Below, piece by piece: positions 49,301 through 63,745 of a stretch of 64,000 nt of DNA. A program made the translations under genes and the position numbers. The DNA is from Azolla caroliniana (taxonomy: Eukaryota; Plantae; Polypodiophyta): positions 7,936,001 through 8,000,000 of the forward strand of contig JBHGNT010000022.1 of NCBI GenBank assembly GCA_043228905.1, written 5' to 3'. The notes under the pieces are model-generated. The model saw only the letters and a list, made by a program, of their open reading frames with translations. It searched no databases and was not told the DNA's origin. How positions within the stretch are numbered: position 1 is the stretch's first letter; the number at the start of each line of letters is the position of its first letter.

Positions 49301-51850
49301 CTCGGAATCGTTTTTCTTCATTCTTTTAGAGGAACCCGCCTCCAATCCGGAGTTTCTTTCGGGTCTCATCGGTAAATGTATGTCCAATATCCATGGACTT
49401 CCGAATCCTTTCCACGGTCTTATATTTCGTACATACCATTGTTTCTTCTTTGCGGAGCACATCCAGCTCCATTTCCGCAATGATCTTGTGCATCTCGACC
49501 AATTCCACCGGAACTACCCAATCTTCACGATGATTCTCTTCGTTAATCTTTTCAAGCCTTTGTAGTGTGTTTCCGTAGAACACTTCTTCGATTACTCCAG
49601 TGATTTCTTCGTCTTCTTTCATGATTGATGTAGACCATAACTCATCTTGCACCTTTCGGAATTCTTTCTTTATTACTCCAGTTACGGCCGTATATGTAGA
49701 TGCCCCATCCGGACCGATTTGTACTTGTTTTGCTCTGAGAGTTTTGTTCTTGTGTGGGGTATCAGGGCTTCTTAGACTATCATTTCCCCACTCCGCAACA
49801 ATCCACTTTAAAAATCCATTTTTGTTTGGGACAAGATCTCTCTCTTGTTCCTTTCGTGATTCGATGGCACAGTTAGGAATTGGACGGTTTTCCCTCCGCT
49901 TTGGCTCTGAATTCATGCAAAAGCTGCTCCACTATCGAGCACCTTTGTCTCCATCCGTGAAGCCAGAATGAAGGGTTACCCGAGGATCACAGAATGTGAA
50001 ACCTCATCTTGCACGAAGAAATTTTGGTCAATCTTTACATCTCCGATCTTCACCGTCACATCTAGACAAGCAGCAAATAGATCTTTCGTGGCTTTTGTGG
50101 CTGGCTAGATCTTCCATCCATGACTGGTGTTTATAGGCCACTTCCCATTCCGGTAGAACTCCTTGGACATCAAATTGATCTCTAACCCGTGATCAATCAA
50201 TGCTAATACGAGCTCTTTGATGTTTCCGATTTGGACCGGAGTCTCCGTAGTTGCTTGTGCCCAGTGTGGCTTTGTGTAGTCAAAGTTCGGAATTTCTTCC
50301 TCCATTTCCGTATTGTTCAATAATATTTGCATTTACCTTTGAAGTATTAGAATCTTCCGTAGCTTGCCTCTTTCTCTTCACAAGATCCATGAGGAGATCG
50401 TGGAACTCTTTCTTTGATATTCCAAGCAATTCCCGGAGAGAAAATTCGACCTGACTATCAAGGATTCTCTCTTCGAACACCTTCTTCAAGTCCGTCTGTT
50501 GTTCGATGTCCGAGGCGAGTTTGAATGCCAGAATCATTTTTCCTTTTCCTTTTCCTTCTGAATTCCAACTCTCTGATGTCTTCAATGGTCCACCTGCATC
50601 ATCCGTGCGCCGTCCTTTTTCATCTACATACACATCATGTAATTGGCATAGGGCGTATATGCTATTCTTCTCTACAGGGCTCTCCCATCCTGTAGCTTCT
50701 TGGATGCCTTCTATGCTCTGGATTTTATCAGAGTCAGTTTTCTCGGAGATTTCTAGCACTTCTGGCCAGAAAGATGCCTTCACTTTAGATATCTCACCCA
50801 CACGTATTCCTACGGTTGTCGCATAATTGATTTTTATCTCTATCTCCTCCTCTAGGACCTTCTTCATGCCGCCTTTTCGGAAGTTCGGACGGAGTGGCTT
50901 CCGAGTATCCATTGAATAGATCCGATTTCCTTGATAGTAGATAAGATCCCACCGTTGAGCCTCCTTGAGCTCATTGCATTCCTTCCGATCATGTTTGGCA
51001 CTATCACACCATATGCATCGTTGGTCCATATACCTAGAATTGTGGGACGGTCTTCCGATTTCTTCAACATGGCAATCTTAAGATTCTCCATCTCTTTTAG
51101 CCATTGCTCCATCGTAGTTACTTCGATTCCCTTCTCGACTGTAGTTTCTCAAGCCCGTGGTTGGTGGTCTTCTTTTACGAGTCTCGACCTCAATGTCTGT
51201 TCCGTAGTCCTCCTTTCTTCATGTCCAAGCCATTGCCCCCTCTTTGTGTATTGAGTAACGATGTTCCGCACATTTTCCCATGTATTGGTGAGACCACTCT
51301 TGATAGTCGTATCCTCTAGAAGAACTCCAAGATCTTTCCGGTCCCGAACATCCACAGCTTGTAAGAACATGATCACTTTGTCCGGTGCGAGGATAGCTTG
51401 ATCTCTCACAAAAAGCCTCCCAAATCGACTTTTGAATGCCGACAACACATAGAGAACCTTCAACCCTTTGGTTGGTGTTTCCATCCATTCTTCGAATCCT
51501 CTCCGCGTCACCTTGGAGGAGTCCTCAATAGCAAATGTAATCTTCAGCATTTCATCGAACACTTCCCACGTCGGATTTTGTTGTCATATCCTAAGGATAT
51601 TCTCTTGAAGCCCATCCGTAGCCACCCGACTAAAGGATGTCACTTGCAATCCTTCTGATATTCCACAACGCAACATCTCTACCTTAAAGTCCTGAAGATA
51701 ATGTGAGAGATCCTTCCCATCGAATTGACCATTCCGTTGCAACAGTCGTTCTACGGCCGCTACGACATCCGACATTGCGCATTGTTCCTGCAATATGCGC
51801 TCCAACATTGTCATCATGTTGTTGGCCTCTTGTTGATTCTCCATCTCCAT
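46400..51850 (-). pseudogene. gag-pol of the tRNA-Trp gypsy element, many stops and frameshifts
   Basis: CIWCDSAKHDRKEC knuckle, ALIDHG protease, LPQGAT and FLDD RT, TVDT...YAQVKREL RNase H, VDRGE/NGRIERGH integrase, WFGPY. Confidence 0.92.
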
Positions 51851-54800
51851 GCCACCCGTTTCACGTCGAGTTCACCAAATGTGTCGTGCCTTTCGGCGTC
51901 GGATCGTTTGCATGAGTCGGGTGGGAACCACTAAGGGTTTTGAACTAGGAGGAGAATTTTAAGGCTAATCAGAATATAAATAGATTATAAGAAAGAGATA
52001 TAAAAACCTCGTGAATCCCACGAGTATAATGTATTTTATTAGATTAATCAATACTAAGATAAGAATACGATTTTGGATTGAAAGAGAGAGATATAGAAAC
52101 CTCGTGAATCCCACGAGTATAGTTTATTTCATGAATCCCATGAATATAATTTATTAATTGGTGTTTTTAGAAATATATCCAATTTCCAAAGTTTTCACAC
52201 TCCCCTATTACATTGTGCTCCCATCCTTATATAGTGATGAGAGAGTCTTAGCAATCCATGCTTTTTCTCTATCTATGCACTCCATGCTTTCTCTATCTAT
52301 AGACTATATGCTTTCTCTAACATGCTTTTTTCTAACCTCATAAGTTTTTTATCGACTATAGTGTTTATGCACGCTAGATGTGCATGTGTAGCTTCTTCTT
52401 TTTTCATGGATTTTTCTTCTAAGTAAAGCTTTTTCCTAGAAAATATGCGTGAAGTAACCTTTCTATGTGGTATATCTACTTTTTTAACATTTATAATGTG
52501 TTAGTGTAATGGCAAGGATGCAAATTATTAACATGGAGGTACAAGGTTTGAATCTTGGCCTATACATGTAATATATATTTTTATATTTCTTTCTTTTTCT
52601 TCATATTTATTTAATCGGTTATTTTACACGTTTTTCACGTAGTTTACAAAATACACTACGACAACGTAAACTACCACCTTGCCTATCTTGCACATCCTCT
52701 ATCATATTAAAGTCCCCAACTAATGCCCAATGATAAATCTATTGGGGTATTTTTAATAAAATTCCACTCCAAAAACGAGTCCGCGCTGCCTCTGAATTTC
52801 GGACATAAAGATTAAGCAAACCCCACTTAATCTCTCTTATTTGAAAAACAATATATTGTGCTCTTTTGTTAGATAATGATCATGACATAATTACTTGTGA
52901 GGTCCAAATATGTGAAATTGCAATACATAAACCCCCTTGAATATCGTTTGGACTAAAGGCCGGTAACCAAAAGTGTTGCCACCTCTTAGGGAGAAGATTT
53001 CCATATCTTAAGAGATGTCGTTCCCCTAAATGATGTTCCTGAATCATGAGCACATCTATTGTGCCTACGTAAGGTTTTCTCAATTCTTGTCTAAAAGCCC
53101 CTCTCATTCGTCGAAACCGATTACCTCCTAATCCTTGTACATTCCATGAGATTATATTCAGAACATCCATAAATAAACTAGGCATTATGAAACTATCCTT
53201 TTCTCCACCAAAACAAGACGTCTACGTATTCCTTCCTCAGCAACAGGTAATTGTCTTCTTGTTGTCATCATACCTTTACCTGAATATTTGTGTGAAGGGA
53301 CAGGGATCACCTTTTCCATTGTAGGATTATCCCCACTACCCAAGAATATTGCCGAAAAAGAGAAATCATTAGTACTATGAGGACTTTCCTTTTCCAAAAT
53401 CGAGAGAGAGTTTGGTTTTGATGTATCGTCCTCATAGATTACTAAAGATAACGGGTTTTCCCATTTCATGTTAACACTTGAACATTCAATCTTTCGCCCT
53501 TTGTCTTGAGACATCGGGTGGGCCAAGGAATGAATGATATGTTTTCCTTTATCTCCCAATTGATTACCTTTGACTTGCCCCATAGACAAAGCCTCTAACT
53601 TATGATGGCTTGTAAGGGAGACTGTATCATTAAATTCTTTTATCGATAAGACTTCTTGATCCTATTTCGAGGATGATGGACTTTGTACTTCAGTGACTTT
53701 ATTCACCTCCCTTAAATTATTTTTCAATGAAATATCACTACCTTCCTCGCTATTCAAAGGATTATACGGATTGCAATCCAACAAAAACATAGAATTTACT
53801 GAAGTGTTAGTCTGTTTAAAAGAATGTTTAGTTGCAACTGGTGTCCAATCTGATCTACCCACCTTCGAAGTCGATTTTAAGACCTCCTCTGATCAATAGT
53901 GTCTACGTGGACAATTCTTGCCTAAATACCCAAAAAAATTGCATATTAAACATTGATCCGGAAGACCATGATACATAATCCTCTGGGATAATGGTTCGTT
54001 ATGTCCCTGCAGATTCAACAACAAAACATAAGATGGTAATTCACTATTCCTAGGTGCCAAAATCCTCAATGAAGGTGCTCCTCGTATGCGCTCATCTTCT
54101 TGTGAAGTCTCATTTTTAATAGCTATCACTGTGCCAAGAAGAGAGCCTATTTGGGTTAACATTTGATGCCATTCTTTCTTCAATCCTGGGAAAATGGTGG
54201 TAAAATTCATATGGGCTTCTTTGTTCTTCAGAATATCATCAACAATCACACTATGATTCCACTTATAAAAAGATATCCATGCACCTTGCAACGATGTATG
54301 CTTGATCTCCAACAAATGGCCAACGGACAAATGATCGGAAAACTCGAAATGATAACATCCTTTGCCCATAAATTGTATGTCTACCACATTATTTACTTTT
54401 CCCGGAAAGATCGCATACAACATATGACGTAATTCTGGCCTATTCGGCCTTAATCCTTCCATATGTGCCACCAACGAGACCGCCTCCAACCGATATACTT
54501 CTATCAACACTAGGGATTTTCATTATCTGACAAGGAGCGTGAGACGACCTTACCTGAAATATGAGGAGAGATGATAGGCGGGTTGGGGGAAGATATACCG
54601 GAACTCCCTCTATGTGTTGACTCAGGTGCTGCTCGGCGCTCAGCCATCACTCGTTCCTCTGCTCACAGTTCAGCCCTTTTCTCTGCTCCATAGTTCTACC
54701 ACACCCAAAACAATTTGAAATCCTACTTTTCATGGGCTCTCTTTGTGTATTTCTCTTGCAATTTACTCTCGTAGAATGGCCTCATGTTAAGAGTCTATTA

Positions 54801-55262
54801 CTAATCAATAGACCAAATCAAGTAAAAAGGAAGAAAATAGATTGGATAGAAGAACCCGTTCCACCCGACCACCCCCGAGCTATGATCTAGACATAGCCAA
54901 CCTACCACCGACGTCCCATACCGCCGGATATTAGGATGACTAATACCTTGGAAGAGATAAACACGATCGTCGAGACGAAAGCCTAGCCCGCACCACCGGT
55001 GTCTACGACAGCAGCCTTCCGACGTGATCCCTATGAGGGTAGCTAAGCCTCATATTTATACCTTTTCCTAGGCCCCTTGAATAGATGTGCCTTTCTAAAA
55101 GGCTCTCTATTCATTGGTTGTCTAAATCATGATAGTGCATGCACATATCATTCATTCTATCCAATCATTAGTCCCCTTTTTAATAATAGTGAACATACCC
55201 TTCACTAATGTAAATATTAGTGACCTACCCTCACCAACGTTATGTGTACATAACATACTCCC

Positions 55263-58200
55263 CTACTTCAAAAGATTGCACTCTTGCAATATAAAGTGAG
55301 GAAATTGTGCCTTAAGCGAATGCTCGCGTTCCCATGTGGCATCATCAATAGGTTTATCCATCCATTTGATCTTGAATAGCCGAATCTCTTTAGAACGTAA
55401 ACGTTTAGTACGAGAATCAAGAATTCGTTCAGGAACATGAGGTTTGTAAGAAAAATCCTCTAATGTTACAAGATCTTGGATTGTGATGGTGTTATCACCA
55501 GAGCCTAAAAATGGTTTTAGACGACTGACGTGAAAAACAGGATGAATACCAACGTTACGAGGTAAGGCAAGGTGATAAGCAGATGACCCAACTCGCTTAA
55601 GGATTTCAAATGGGCCACAATATCGTGGGGCTAACTTAGCGCACTTGCCCGTAGATAATGACGTAGAATTAGTCGGGACACGCAAAAAAACTTTTTGACC
55701 AATAGTAAATGCACGAGGACGTCTATCCTGATCAGCATAAAATCGAGCACGATCTTGAGCTGTCTTGACATTTTCTTTGGCAATATGCAACATTTGGTTC
55801 ATGTCTTGCAAAAAATTGCGTGTACTGTCTAATGTATCACGATGAATCGTGACATCAACTGGGGCACGTGGCTGAAAACCATACATCAACATAAAAGGAC
55901 TATATCCAGTGGATGTATGTTTAGAGCTATTATAGGCAAATTCTAAGATAGGAAGGTATTGCTCCCACTTAGAAGGGGTTTTTGCTACATAAGCTCGAAG
56001 CATGTCCTCAATAATTTGATTAACTCTTTCAGTTTGTCCATCAGATTGAGGATGATCTGCGGAACTCATGCTCAACGTAGTTTCTAGTTTCTTAAAGACC
56101 TGAGTCCAAAAGTCACTAGTAAACTTGGAATCTCGATCACTAACAATATCCATCGGTAATCCATAAAAACGAAATAACTCATCAACAAATTGATAAGCCA
56201 ACTGTTGAGCGGTTACCGTGGTTTTTGTAGGAATAAATCTAGCTAATTTTGTTAGCCTGTCAACGACAACCCATATGGCATCATGACCCCTCTGTGTACG
56301 AGGTAAACTAACAATAAAATCCATCGAGATACTTTCCCATTTATTGTTGGGAATATCTAAGGGATGTAAAAGACCAGCAGCTTTAAGTCGTTCCGACTTA
56401 TTAATCTGACATTGTAAGCATTGAGTTACGTATTTATGCACGTCAGAGCGCATCTTAGGCCAGAAAAAAGTACACGAGATGAGAACGAGTGTGCGTTGTA
56501 TTCCAGGATGACCAGCAGATGGTGCATCATGACATTCATGAAAAAATTTCTGTTTAACATTTGGTAAATCTGGAACACAGACCTTTCCACTACGGTAGAG
56601 CAAACCGTTTGTAATGTGAAAGGTCGCCTTCGAGGGTAGGGTGCTAGTATCGGCATCTAAACCAGATTCGGCTTTCGTCCAGTATTTTGAGAAATAACTG
56701 TCATCAAGGTATTTCCCTCGAAGGTGATCTAAAAGATCAGATTTTATTTCCGTGAAGCTAAGCATGTTAACTTCTTTAATGCGACTAAGAGCATCAGCAA
56801 CGGTGTTCATAGAACCCTTGCGATATCGTATGGAAAAATCAAAATCTTGCATAAGGTCAGCCCAACGGCCTTTACGACCAACAAGATCGGGCTGGTCACA
56901 AAAATACTTTAATGATTGATGGTCTGTTGTAACCACAAATTTATTTCCATAGAGATAGTGCCTCCATGTTTTAAGAGCGTGTATCACCGCAAACAACTCT
57001 TTCTCTTGAACCGAATACCGAGATTGAGCAGCATCAAGCTTCTTACTTTCAACAGCAATAGGGTGACCACCTTGATAAAGAACGGCACCAATAGCATAAT
57101 CACTAGCATCGGTTTCAATTGAGAAAGGCTTAGAAGGGTCTGGTAATAGAAGAGTGGGAGCCTGACACACATGCTCCTTGAGTGTCTCAAATGATTTGTC
57201 AAGTTGTTCATTCCATGAAATTGGTTTGACAGACTTACGTGGATGACCTTGTAAAAGGTCAGTTAATGGCGTAGTCAATTTGGAATAGTTACGAATTGAT
57301 TTTCGTAAAAATCCAACAAACCCTAAGAATGATCTAAGTTCACGAATATTACGAGGAATGGGCCAAAGTTTAACCTTTTCAATACGAGAAGGTTCAATTT
57401 CAACGCCATTTTCTGTAATTAAATGACCTAGGTACACAATAGATTTTTGGAAGAAGTCACATTTTGAATGTTTTGCATAGAAAGAGTTGTCACGCAACTT
57501 TCGCAAAACAAATCGAACATGTTGAACATGATCTTGCAAGGTACGGCTATATATCAAAATATCATCCAAGAAGACGACAACAAAATCACCGAGTTGATCT
57601 CGGAAAACATCATTCATCGCTTGTTGGAATGTGGCTGGAGCATTAGTCAACCCAAACGGCATGACTAAAAACTCATAATGGCCATAGCGCGTACGAAAAG
57701 CGGTTTTAGGAATATCATCCTCGGCGATGCGAATCTGATGATAACCAGTTCGTAAGTCAATTTTCGTAAAATATCGAACCCCGTGCAAACGATCAATCAA
57801 ATCATCGGCACAAGGTAATGGATATGCATTCTTAATTGTCATTTTATTCAAACGGCGATAATTGATACACATTCGCCACGAACCTTCCTTCTTCTTGACT
57901 AATAGAACTGGCGCACCCCAAGGTGATTTACTATACCTAATGTGGCCCATACTCAAGTATTCCTTAAGTTGTTTAGCGATCTCATCCTCTTCTAATCGAC
58001 TAAGTCGGTAAGGTGGAATGCTCACAGGAGCAGCCCCAGGGATGAGTTCAATTTGATGGTCCACATTACGTTTAGGTGGTAAAGTAAGCGGTAATTCAGT
58101 AGGAAACACATCTTGAAAATCCTCTAAAATAGAGTCGAGTAATCGTTGCTCAAAATGTGGTAATTGTGTGGCGTCAATATTAAAATAATAAAATTGAACC

Positions 58201-59664
58201 GCAGGATCAATTACACACGAATAAATTAATGAACTGGAATACTCACTTAAAGATTTAGAAGACACAAGTGAATGAGAAGGAAGTTTGGAACATTGAATAA
58301 AATGTTTACAATTATTAAGTTCAAATGTGATTGAGTGATTAACCCAATCAATGGACAAAGAAGGGTTTTTATTAAAAAACCAAGGATATCCTAAAATGAC
58401 ATCTGCGGATTGTAATTTCATAACATGAAAGTCAAGCTTCTCCAAATAAGTATCTATTTGAATTGGCAGTTGACAAACAATGCCACTGATGTATTGAACG
58501 TTTCCATTTGCCATGTGAACTTGATAGATATGATCACTTGCGTTTATGTGGAGCTCCATTTGCTGCACAAAGTGATCATTAAGAAAATTGTGAGAACTAC
58601 CGGAATCAAACAAGAAATGTGCTTGTGTTCCATTGATATATCCGACTGCTCGGAGTAAATCATTAGGTCCAAGTAGATGTGAAGGAAAAGTGCATTCACA
58701 TAAACTTAAGTGATTGGTATGAACTTCAACAATATCAAAAGACTCACCTGTGTGACTCGTAGATTTGTCTTGAGGAGGGGTGTTCATTGACTTCCTCTCA
58801 AGACGACGACAGGTATCCTTTGTGTGGCCCCGCTTCTTGCAATATGCACAGAAGAGGTTCGGTTTCTTTGAGTCGCGGTCAAGAGTGTCACTGGATTGCT
58901 TACGTTTCCCAATGAACTTGACATTCGGAGTTTTGGCGAACTCAGGTTTATTGTGGTCTTTCTTGGAAGTCCTATGGTATCGCAGCACAATGTTGACAGC
59001 TTCCTCGAAAGTTGTGGGGTCCTTGTCATGGACAATCCAATGATAATCCCCATTGGGAATACCATTCAAAAAACAAGCGACAAACCATTTCTCACCCGTA
59101 AGTCCCGATTTTTGGATCTGTCCGAGCGTGATGCACATAATCCTCGAGAGAGGTAAATGGCTTACTAGACAATGTGAGCAAGTGTTGCGCTTGTTCGGTT
59201 TGAGAAGGTGGCTGCAAGAATTGTTTCTTAAAAACATCAACGAAACCTTCCCAAGTTGTGGGTAAGTTTTTTGCAGTCCTTAGGCCACGCCACCAAGCAG
59301 CAGCTCGGCCACCTAACTCACGACCGACATAACCAATTTTTACTGCATCGGGCTTGGGATGAAGCTCAAAGTGAGACTCCCAACGACCAAGCCAAGTGCT
59401 AATGGCCTCCTCGGTTCTTTCTTTCTTATCTCCCTTGAAAGGCGTGACTACGAAGGAAGGTTCACCTTCTTTCTTGGACTCAATAGTTAATTCTTGGAAT
59501 TTCTTTTCCAATGCCATATTGGCCTGTCTCATTTCGGCCAATTGATTCAAGGTAGTAGTGAGCAATTGCTCAATAGTGATCTCAGCTTGTGTGCGAGATG
59601 CGGATTGGGGTTGAGAGGTCTCATTTGGAGAGATCGTTCCAACTGCGTTCAAAACTTGTTCCAT
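55263..59664 (-). CDS. gag-pol polyprotein with C-terminal chromodomain; a single frameshift near 59130
   Basis: ORFs 59092-59664 and 55263-59240; CAYCKKRGHTKDTC, LFDSGS, FLDD, TDAS, SMDF/SDRD/GQTE, GPF, PERILDSR...FKIKW...DATWE. Confidence 0.95.
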
Positions 59665-60674
59665 GATGCACGCTGTGGGTATGCAATAAAATAAGGAGGT
59701 TCAGAAAATACACAAGCAAAATGAATGCTTGAAATTTTGATTGAAATAACTTTATCCAAGAAAGTATCTCATGTCTTTACCCCTCTAGACATATGAGATG
59801 TGATTCGAGATCCGATAACTATGGTAACACTATGGTGTTTTAAAAACCATGGGGGAAAACATAGCTAAGATGTATTTCTCGGATCTCTATCTTGAGTAAT
59901 CATGGCGGCTCCCCGAGGCTCAACCATGGTTCTTACATCAATGAAATTTCCTAGATAGCCTTATATTAATGCCAACCCATCATGTATTATATGGTCGAGA
60001 AAGTGTATTACGTGAAAAAACAAGTGCACTCACAAGTAATATTCTAGTCTTGCGAGCAATAAGCAAACGTGATGATAAAATGATAAAATAAGGCACTACT
60101 CATAAGAGTTAAGTAGTGACGAAAACAAGGGTAAAAAAAAAAAAAAAAAAAAAAAAGAACCCATGTGTTACCTACGAAAAAAAACAATGTCACAAATAAA
60201 TGGGAAGTGCAAGGTATGCACATATACATCCCAATATGATTGTTATAACTTGCACATTGTGACATAAACCACAAATTGATACAAGTGATGACGGTGTTGT
60301 GCGCAAAGATGTAATACTCAAATCCATGAGTAAAACATCAATAAGGGAACTCATATGGTTTTACTCGTTTTCTAAGGCTTGATGATAAGAGTTAAACCTA
60401 GATGACCCGTTGAAAAAAAATCGTTCAACAAACCACTCCATACGAAAAAAATAGTCTACACGTAAAGGTTACATTAAAAATAAACGATGTAAATACTTTA
60501 TACATGAAAAGGAAGTGCAAAAAGGAGAGTTAATTGTGGGCGGGTAAATAATAATTACTAGAAAATCATATAAGTGAAACAATACTTATGAAATTAAGAT
60601 TTAATTAGAATAATCAACAATTAGGTGTATGGAATCAAACATGCCCTAAGATACGAAACCCTAGGGTAGTTGAC

Positions 60675-61190
60675 ATGCACCTCCTCAAGACCACCACATA
60701 TCCCTAGAATCGGCCAAGTAATGGCTAATTAAAGAGGAAAGTGGCATAGGTAAGTGACATATACCTCGTCAAGGCCACATCATCCCTTAGAATCGGCCAA
60801 TTGATGGCTAATTAAAAAGGAAAGTGGCATATGTAAGCTACCTATACCTCGTCAAGGCCACATCATCCCATAGAATCGGCCAATTGATGGCTTAATAGAG
60901 AGTAGAGTGGCATAGGTAGGCAACATACACCTCGTCAAGGCCACATCATCCCTTAGAATCGGCCAAGTGATGGCTCAATAGAGGGGAAGAGTGGTATACT
61001 CAACATCATATGCAAAACGGCCATGAGATAAGCGTGTGCGATTAGAGCAAACACGCTCGACCCAATGCACAAGAATAATTATTATCGTAAGAGTTCAAGA
61101 GAGGAGAGAGTGGGATATATATCGCAATATGCAAAAGGCCATGAGTTGAGCGTGTGCGATTAGTGCAAACACGCTCGGCCCGATGCATAA
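60675..61190. repeat. Tandem repeats in the chromovirus 5' UTR (~82-bp unit x4, and a hairpin-bearing unit x2)
   Basis: cctcgtcaaggccacatcatcccttagaatcggccaa recurring; agcgtgtgcgattag.gcaaacacgct at ~61030 and ~61148. Confidence 0.85.
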
Positions 61191-62167
61191 TAATAAGTAA
61201 AATCGTAGCGTAGTAGGAGGTAGAAAGAAAGAGAATAAAACGTAATACCAATTTGATTCGACCATAAAGAACGCATAATAGAAAAAGAGAAGAGATCAAA
61301 AAAGAAGAATACCGGGTTTAGAGTGTTGTTTTGATCCTGAGAAGAGCATGACGAGCCTTGTTAGATCCCCCTCGCTCACACGCAAAAAACATCAAAACAA
61401 CAAAAAAATTGTTAGTAAAAGCTCTGATACCACTGTTAAGAGTCTATTACTAATCAATAGACCAAATCAAGTAAAAAGGAAGAAAATAGATTGGATAGAA
61501 GAACCCGTTCCACCTGACCACCCCCGAGTTATGATCTAGACATAGCCAACCTACCACCGACGTCCCATACCGCCGGATATTAGGATGACTAATACCTTGG
61601 AAGAGATAAACACGATCGTCGAGACGAAAGCCTAGCCCGCACCACCGGTGTCTACGACAGCAGCCTTCCGACGTGATCCCTATGAGGGTAGCTAAGCCTC
61701 ATATTTATACCTTTTCCTAGGCCCCTTGAATAGATGTGCCTTTCTAAAAGGCTCTCTATTCATTGGTTGTCTAAATCATGATAGTGCATGCACATATCAT
61801 TCATTCTATCCAATCATTAGTCCCCTTTTTAATAATAGTGAACATACCCTTCACTAATGTAAATATTAGTGACCTACCCTCACCAACGTTATGTGTACAT
61901 AACACCTCATGTAAACGTATTGTGGATTGCTCTTGTGCTATCTCTTCACGGATTGACTTCATGAAATCCTTTCGCATGATGCCCTTGTGGATCATCTTCA
62001 TTGGTTGAAAAGGTGCATTTGTGTGTCGAACAAGCGCTTGCGCAAATAATGGGTGCTTGGGACATGAACCGACTCTCCTGCTTTTAAAGGGCTCTTGTGT
62101 AATGGAGGAGTTTTTATGGATTCCAAGGAAACTCATGTTTTAGGTGCTCATGTAAAGAATGTGTGCG

Positions 62168-63745
62168 TGGGACATGAATCAATGCTCATGTTGAAGGTCC
62201 AAAAGCGTTCATGGAATGAATCCACAATTGTGCATTGAATCTACAATAATAGATTGAACCCACAAAGGGTACTCTTGGGGATTCCACCAAGAGCCTTTTG
62301 TGGAAAAAATCTACGAAACATGAATCAATGCCCCGACCCCACCCCCCTGCTACTTGTTGATGAGTAGCAAAGAAGAGGTTGGTTGGCGACTATTGCTACA
62401 TCCATTGTGCCTCTATCACCGACCGATGCTAACATCACTTCTTGTTGCAGGTTATGTCACCCCTCACATTTATACACACAATGTATATGCACACTTCCAT
62501 ATTTTGATAGATACATATATACATATACATAAATACATACACATCCATATATACCTACTTACATACACACACAAGTACACACGCACTAACATTGTATTTA
62601 CTCAGACATACCTTGCACATTATCATTTATATGAACATTTACATAGACACACATACACAAAAATACTCTCATATACTTATGCAATCTTAAACCCATCCAT
62701 TTACTAAAGCACCCCTAGACACTTGTCATTCCAATGGATGGATTATTGACATTGATGAGTTGTAATTTTAAAACAATGAGTGATTAATGCAAAGCAACAA
62801 ATAGTTGGAAAGGACGAGTTGTTATTCTACTAATTCTCATTGGAGCCCCCTTGGCCTTCTCCAAATCCGGCGCCAATTTGATGGAATTAATTACAAAGCA
62901 ACTATTATTATTACGTGGCTTCAAGAGCATTTACCAATCCTAGGCTAAACCTAGATTCGATACCACATTTAGGTTTCCAACAATTAATGCTCTTTTCAAT
63001 TCTTACCTTTCCCCCCCAAAGTTCTAACTTTTTTCTTTCTCTTTTTTTGTTATACTACTTTAACATTTTTTATTATCTTTTGGCTTGCCCGAACGCTACA
63101 ACTCACACGAAGTCATGTTTTATTAGCAGTACATAGTCCATCAGGGGGTGTACCGAATGGTACGAGTGAGATACATGCACAAGACCTTTTTAGGTACCAC
63201 ATGTATGTTGGTGCGAGGAGACTCGAACCTCCAACCTAGCGGTTGGAGTGTCCCCCCTTTACCATTACATCCCCAAAGTTCTAACTTCTATGTCACTTTC
63301 CTGTAAAACCCTAAATCCCCTACTGCCTAAAGTTCTAATGTTCTTACTCACCTTTCCTTCCTTTGTCACACTCACAAAGCATAATGCATTCGTGTTTTCT
63401 TGAACATTTTCACACACTGATACTTATCATTTGTGGATCCTTAATTACATGCAAATGTTATTTCTATACGCACAATCAAGTTCACATATACAAAATGTTT
63501 ACAATCAAGTAAATGTTTACAATTACCTCTATACAGAAATGTACATCAAAGCATGTGTCTACCTGCATGCAATTTCTATATATACATTTTTACCCATACA
63601 CTTTACATAATAATTATAAAGGATTTAAACTCACAAGTATAATTATTATGTAAAGATATGAATTTACGATGAGTAAGGTTCACATGCTAAAAAGGAAAGA
63701 AAATGATAAAATATTGTACATGCCAAAAAGCTAAATCAATGAATA
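62168..63745 (+). repeat. Duplicated segment, copy 2 (of 25775-28144)
   Basis: Colinear with copy 1 but lacks 26333-27394 and carries a SINE. Confidence 0.93.
63031..63270 (-). mobile_element. tRNA-derived SINE, ~240 bp
   Basis: 17-bp TSD ccccaaagttctaactt (63014-63030, 63271-63287); minus-strand head tgtaatggtaaag...GGTTCGAGTCtcctcgcacca; A-rich tail; empty site at 27682-27698. Confidence 0.9.

Larger units (their letters stand above)
45526..52663 (-). mobile_element. Full-length degenerate Ty3/gypsy element with tRNA-Trp PBS; LTRs 45526-46310 and 51882-52663
   Basis: TGTCG...CGACA LTRs; PBS tggtgaactcgacgtga (51861-51877); PPT agggggcgag; 4-bp TSD acat/acgt whose removal restores the LINE frame (GGSLRTISG). 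Confidence 0.95.
42312..54700 (-). mobile_element. Degenerate near-full-length L1-type LINE (ORF1 ~53185-54650; ORF2 from 53185 leftwards), split by a gypsy insertion at 45526-52663
   Basis: ORF1 with FMGKGCYHFEF and CLICNFFGYLGKNC knuckle; APE endonuclease ISWNVQGL, IQE, SRLDR, DHSP; RT WRPITLLN, DFEKAYDR, FADD; zf-RVT near 42350-42480. Confidence 0.9.
54785..61904 (-). mobile_element. Young full-length chromovirus-type Ty3/gypsy element; 471-bp LTRs 54785-55255 and 61434-61904
   Basis: Perfect TSD CCTCA; PBS tggtatcagagc (61421-61432); PPT aggggag; only two LTR differences seen by eye. Confidence 0.98.
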
